From Acidimicrobiia bacterium (GTDB lineage Bacteria > Actinomycetota > Acidimicrobiia > Spongiisociales > Spongiisociaceae), in the NCBI GenBank assembly GCA_041576165.1, contig JBFGLM010000002.1, positions 32,001 through 96,000 of the forward strand: a stretch of 64,000 nt of DNA. Reading direction: 5' to 3'. Of the stretch, positions 60,332 through 64,000 are shown piece by piece; within the stretch, counting starts at the first letter, position 1, and every line of letters begins with the position of its first letter. Under the pieces are notes generated by a model. The model searched no databases and was not told the origin of the DNA. It saw only the letters and a list, made by a program, of their open reading frames with translations. The translations under genes were made by a program, and so were the position numbers.

Positions 60332-62850
60332 CGGTGCGACCGGCTGAGATCCGGCCACTCGGCGTCCACGAACTCGAGCCGCTCCTCGACCTGGTTGCGG
60401 GCTCCGACCCCGCCGTGCGCCGGAGAGCGCTTGACGTCCTCACCGTCTTTCCTCTGACCGACGCCGCGTGGCGGCACGTGGCGCGAATCGTCCTGGTTGC
60501 GATCGAGCTGGATCCCCATGCAGAAACGCTGGTCGCGGCGGCCCAGGTTCCAGTCCGCGAGGTGCGGGAGCAGTTGCACGCTCAGCTCGGGCTGGCACCA
60601 CCCGAGCAACGCACCGCGCTCGCCCAAGCACTGGTGGCGGCCGGCGACGCCGCGGCCGCGCCGGTGCTGGTGCGCCGGCTCGCAGTGGCGGAGCCCGGCC
60701 GGGCAATGGCCGCCGCCGAGGCGCTTGGGCAGATAGCGCCCGCCGTGCCGACCGGATTGGCGCGGGAGATCTTCGAACAGTCGAAGTCGGACGACGTCCG
60801 CTTGTGGTTGGCAGTCCATCTGGCCAGGGGAGGCGACATCCGACCGCTCCAACAGTTGATCGACGAAGCGGCCGCGGGCAGCTTCCGTCCGGCGCACTAC
60901 CACGGCGATTCGACAGCATGGGCCGCCCGGATAGAGCCGAACCCGCCGATGCCCCGAGTTGTCATCGACCTCACGACCGGCCACGGCGCTGGGGGCAACA
61001 TCGTGGTCGACCTGCTGACGGCGCTGGAGAGTCGGGCGGCACCGGGTGCGGCGAGTGAGCAAGGACACCTGGCCGGGGTCGCGCGCACGGCACTAGACCA
61101 CGCAGCCAATGATCCCACGCAGGCACTTGAGAGCCTCGAGGCGGCGGTCGCGGAGCACGGGATCAAACCTCCCGCCCGGCCCCATTTGGAGAACTCGACC
61201 GTCGACTTGATAGCGCTCGAAGAGGAGGTGTTGGTCGAGACAGCCCCGCTGGATGATCTGGGCCTCGAGAGCCTGGGACCGGTTCGGTCGGCCATGGAGG
61301 CTTCGCCGCCGGATGCCGCGGCGGCATCCGGAACCGACCACGTATATGCCCTCCTCAAATGTCCGGGCACGGTTGCGGCTGAACAGGAATTCGAGCTTGC
61401 GGTCGGCCTGAGTCCCGCTCAGTCCGAAGGTGTCGTCGGCGGGCCGCTGGAGGGTCTCGAGGGCCGAGCCAAACCGTACGTCATCTCCGTCCAGGTGGTA
61501 GCCGACGGGTTTGAGCTGCGGGAAGGCGAGCGCTGGCGCCACGACCTAGCGGTGACCGACGCTCAGCCCTTCCCAACCACGCTATTGCATCTGCGGGCCG
61601 TCCCCACCGACGCGGCGGTGCGGGCGGCCGCCATCTCTGCGACATTCACCGTCGACGGTCAAATGGTTGGCATGGCTGTGCGGCCGGTGGCCATAACGGC
61701 TCCCGGGGTGACCGCCCCGGAGGAGAGCGGACCTCAGGAGGTCGTCGGGGCCGATCTGGCCATCCCTACCGGGCCGGTACCGGCGGATCTCACGGTGGCT
61801 TTCCACCAGGCCCGCGAGCTCCATCTGCTCAGGATGACGATCGAGTCGCCACACGACACGGTGAGAATCCCCGAAATCGACGTCGAGGTGAGCATCGGTG
61901 CCGACCCGGACGAGTACGCCCGTGAACTGGTGCGCGACATGGATGGGCTAGAGGGGAGTGCCGGCTTGCGGCGCGAGCTGGAGGGACGGGGCCGGATGCT
62001 GAGTCAATCGCTGCCCGAGGAGTTCTGGGCAGCACTGCGGGAGGCTGCAGAGGCCGCCGGCGGGCGGCCGTCTGTGCTGCTGGTGTCGGCCGAGGGACGT
62101 ATCCCCTGGGAGTTGGCACTGGTCGATCCGCCACTCGATCCCGACCAGCCGCCGTTTTTGTCGACCCAGGCCGTCATCGGGCGGTGGGTCCTGGCCGGCG
62201 GCGTGCCGCTTCCGCCGCCCCACGAGCGTCCATTCGGTTCGATGGCCGTGATCACCGGCGACTACACCGATCTTCCTCGCTGGGATTCGCTGGCGGCGGC
62301 CGACAATGAACGGGATGAGCTACACGGCCGCTACCAGGCGGAGCCGGTCGACGCCAAGTATGAGCCGGTGATCGAGCTCCTGGAGCGAAAGCCCGCCCCG
62401 ACTGTGTTGCATCTGGCCGTGCACGGCAAGTACACCCAGGGTTCCGGGCGAGAGGGAATTGTTCTCACCGACGGGGAGTGGCTCACGCCCAACGTCGTGA
62501 TGGCCCAGGAAATCGAGGGCGAGCCGCTGGTATTCCTCAACGCTTGCCAGGTCGGTTCGTCGGACGCCGTGCTCAACCAGTACGCCGGGCTGGCTCCGGC
62601 ATTCCTGCGAGCGCGCGCGTGTGGGGTCATTGCGCCGATGTGGAGCGTCAAGGACGAGATTGCTCGCAACATGGCGCTCGGCTTCTACACGGCGACGCTT
62701 GAAGAAGGAGTTTCGGTGGGCGAAGCCATCCGGCGCGCACGATCGGCATTTGCTGCGGGCGGCGAGCCGACTTCTGCGACATTCATGGCGTATCAGTACT
62801 TCGGCCATCCGGAACTCCGGCTGGCCCCGTCGGACCCAGGAGGTGGATGA
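60328..62850 (+). CDS. HEAT-repeat / beta-sandwich / CHAT (caspase-like, clan CD) protease
   Basis: N-terminal DPAVRRRALDVL and AAAEALGQI helical repeats; C-terminal IPWELA, VLHLAVHG (His), VFLNACQVG (Cys), IAPMWSVKD, YQYFGHP. Confidence 0.88.
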   Translation: MTVRPAEIRPLGVHELEPLLDLVAGSDPAVRRRALDVLTVFPLTDAAWRHVARIVLVAIELDPHAETLVAAAQVPVREVREQLHAQLGLAPPEQRTALAQALVAAGDAAAAPVLVRRLAVAEPGRAMAAAEALGQIAPAVPTGLAREIFEQSKSDDVRLWLAVHLARGGDIRPLQQLIDEAAAGSFRPAHYHGDSTAWAARIEPNPPMPRVVIDLTTGHGAGGNIVVDLLTALESRAAPGAASEQGHLAGVARTALDHAANDPTQALESLEAAVAEHGIKPPARPHLENSTVDLIALEEEVLVETAPLDDLGLESLGPVRSAMEASPPDAAAASGTDHVYALLKCPGTVAAEQEFELAVGLSPAQSEGVVGGPLEGLEGRAKPYVISVQVVADGFELREGERWRHDLAVTDAQPFPTTLLHLRAVPTDAAVRAAAISATFTVDGQMVGMAVRPVAITAPGVTAPEESGPQEVVGADLAIPTGPVPADLTVAFHQARELHLLRMTIESPHDTVRIPEIDVEVSIGADPDEYARELVRDMDGLEGSAGLRRELEGRGRMLSQSLPEEFWAALREAAEAAGGRPSVLLVSAEGRIPWELALVDPPLDPDQPPFLSTQAVIGRWVLAGGVPLPPPHERPFGSMAVITGDYTDLPRWDSLAAADNERDELHGRYQAEPVDAKYEPVIELLERKPAPTVLHLAVHGKYTQGSGREGIVLTDGEWLTPNVVMAQEIEGEPLVFLNACQVGSSDAVLNQYAGLAPAFLRARACGVIAPMWSVKDEIARNMALGFYTATLEEGVSVGEAIRRARSAFAAGGEPTSATFMAYQYFGHPELRLAPSDPGGG

Positions 62851-64000
62851 TGGACTACGACCTCGATCCCTACGGCGATCCGGTCGCCGTCGATGACGTC
62901 GTGCTGCGTACCCCCGGCCTGGCCGGACGCGTACGGACGATCACCGCCTCCGGGCAGGCCATGCGTTCGGAGGCCCAATGGACGTCGGCTCTGTCCGAGG
63001 CGCTGGCCAACGAGAACGTCGAGCCCCAGGTCGTCGTTGAGATATCCGACACAGAGGAGACCGACGTTCCGGCGGGCGTAGGCACCCGTTCGACCGCAAT
63101 CGGGGAGCCGGGAATCGAACTCGAGGTGCCCGGGCCCGGCACCGGGTGGGGTCAGCTGATCCTGTACACCGACGAATCGGGAGTTGCCACCTGGGAGTTC
63201 GCAGAGAACGGAGACAGCCAGGAGGCGGCTACGCGCGGTGCAAATACTCAGACGTACGTGCTCCGGCGTTCCGTGCCGCCGCCGGCAGCCCCTGAAGCCG
63301 GCGCTAGTCGCGGGGTGCTCTCGTCCATCGGTAGGAAGGTCTTGGGCGTCTTGGCTTTCAAGCTGATTGATCCAGTAATAGGCGCGATCGGAGAGGCCTT
63401 TGCCGAGCGGTGGGAGGCGAAGAAGCGGCCATATCGCATCCGGTCGTTTGCTCCCGATTCGTACCGAGAGTCCGACGGCCCGCTGATCGATTCGACCGGA
63501 TGGAACCGTCTTGGTGAGGGCAAGTCACTGCTGTTCGTGCACGGCACGTTCTCCCGTGCCCATACGGGCTTCAGCGGGCTTTCACCCCACGTGATGAAGG
63601 ACCTGCACCGCATCTACGAGGGTCGGATCTTCGCGTTCGACCACTTCACCCTTTCCCACACTCCCCAGCAGAACATCGAATGGTTGCTCGGCCAGCTACC
63701 CGATGGCGTCAGCCTCGACCTGGACATCGTCTGCCATTCCCGGGGCGGTTTGGTGAGCCGGACACTGGCCGAGAAACAGGGTGAACTGTCGACCGGAGGC
63801 CGCACCGTCAACGTCGACAAACTGGTATTCGTCGCCACTCCCAACTCCGGGACGGCGCTGGTCGACACCGAGCACATGTCTCAGTTCATCGATACGTATA
63901 CAAACTTGTTCAACTTCGTGCCCGACAACGGGGTCACCGAAGTCCTGGAGGGCGTCATCACCGTGGCGAAACACATCGCCGTAGGCGCAGTCAAAGGTCT
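62847..64000 (+). CDS. Alpha/beta-hydrolase (lipase/esterase-like) with long N-terminal extension; 3' end runs off the window
   Basis: Not in ORF track (no stop). Open from ATG 62847 (ATGA overlap, AGGAGG RBS): LLFVHGTFS, FAFDHFTLS, DIVCHSRGGLVSR (nucleophile Ser codon 63738), VATPNSGT. Confidence 0.88.
   Translation, partial: MMDYDLDPYGDPVAVDDVVLRTPGLAGRVRTITASGQAMRSEAQWTSALSEALANENVEPQVVVEISDTEETDVPAGVGTRSTAIGEPGIELEVPGPGTGWGQLILYTDESGVATWEFAENGDSQEAATRGANTQTYVLRRSVPPPAAPEAGASRGVLSSIGRKVLGVLAFKLIDPVIGAIGEAFAERWEAKKRPYRIRSFAPDSYRESDGPLIDSTGWNRLGEGKSLLFVHGTFSRAHTGFSGLSPHVMKDLHRIYEGRIFAFDHFTLSHTPQQNIEWLLGQLPDGVSLDLDIVCHSRGGLVSRTLAEKQGELSTGGRTVNVDKLVFVATPNSGTALVDTEHMSQFIDTYTNLFNFVPDNGVTEVLEGVITVAKHIAVGAVKG

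Overview
High-GC chromosomal window. Gene content and regulatory motifs (LexA box GAAC-N4-GTTC, SigH/SigR- and PafBC-type promoters, many leaderless genes, Cdc48-like ATPase) point to an actinobacterium, most plausibly Acidimicrobiia (inference). Most of it is housekeeping: a his cluster led by a TrpR-like (YerC/HisR) regulator, pnt transhydrogenase, tricorn protease, a P-type ATPase, ilvBNC-leuAB with an attenuator, queG, ilvD, SRPBCC/ArsA/glucokinase genes, hsp20/lon, glgP and a FAS-II cluster (fabD-H-G-acpP-fabF). I saw no rRNA, tRNA, CRISPR array or mobile element. The most unusual region is the right end: a 29-codon uORF, then a HEAT-repeat/beta-sandwich/CHAT (caspase-like) protease, then a translationally coupled alpha/beta-hydrolase cut off by the window edge, whose N-terminal extension carries repeated (T/S/M)-R-(G/S) motifs. 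This is a candidate protease-activated conflict or cell-death module. Other items not resolved by the ORF track are a frameshifted His-Me-type nuclease gene, a leaderless ilv leader peptide, back-to-back SigH/SigR promoters inside one palindrome between hsp20 and lon, and an 8-bp-periodic operator between hisR and hisA. All family calls come from motif recognition by eye; no database search was run.
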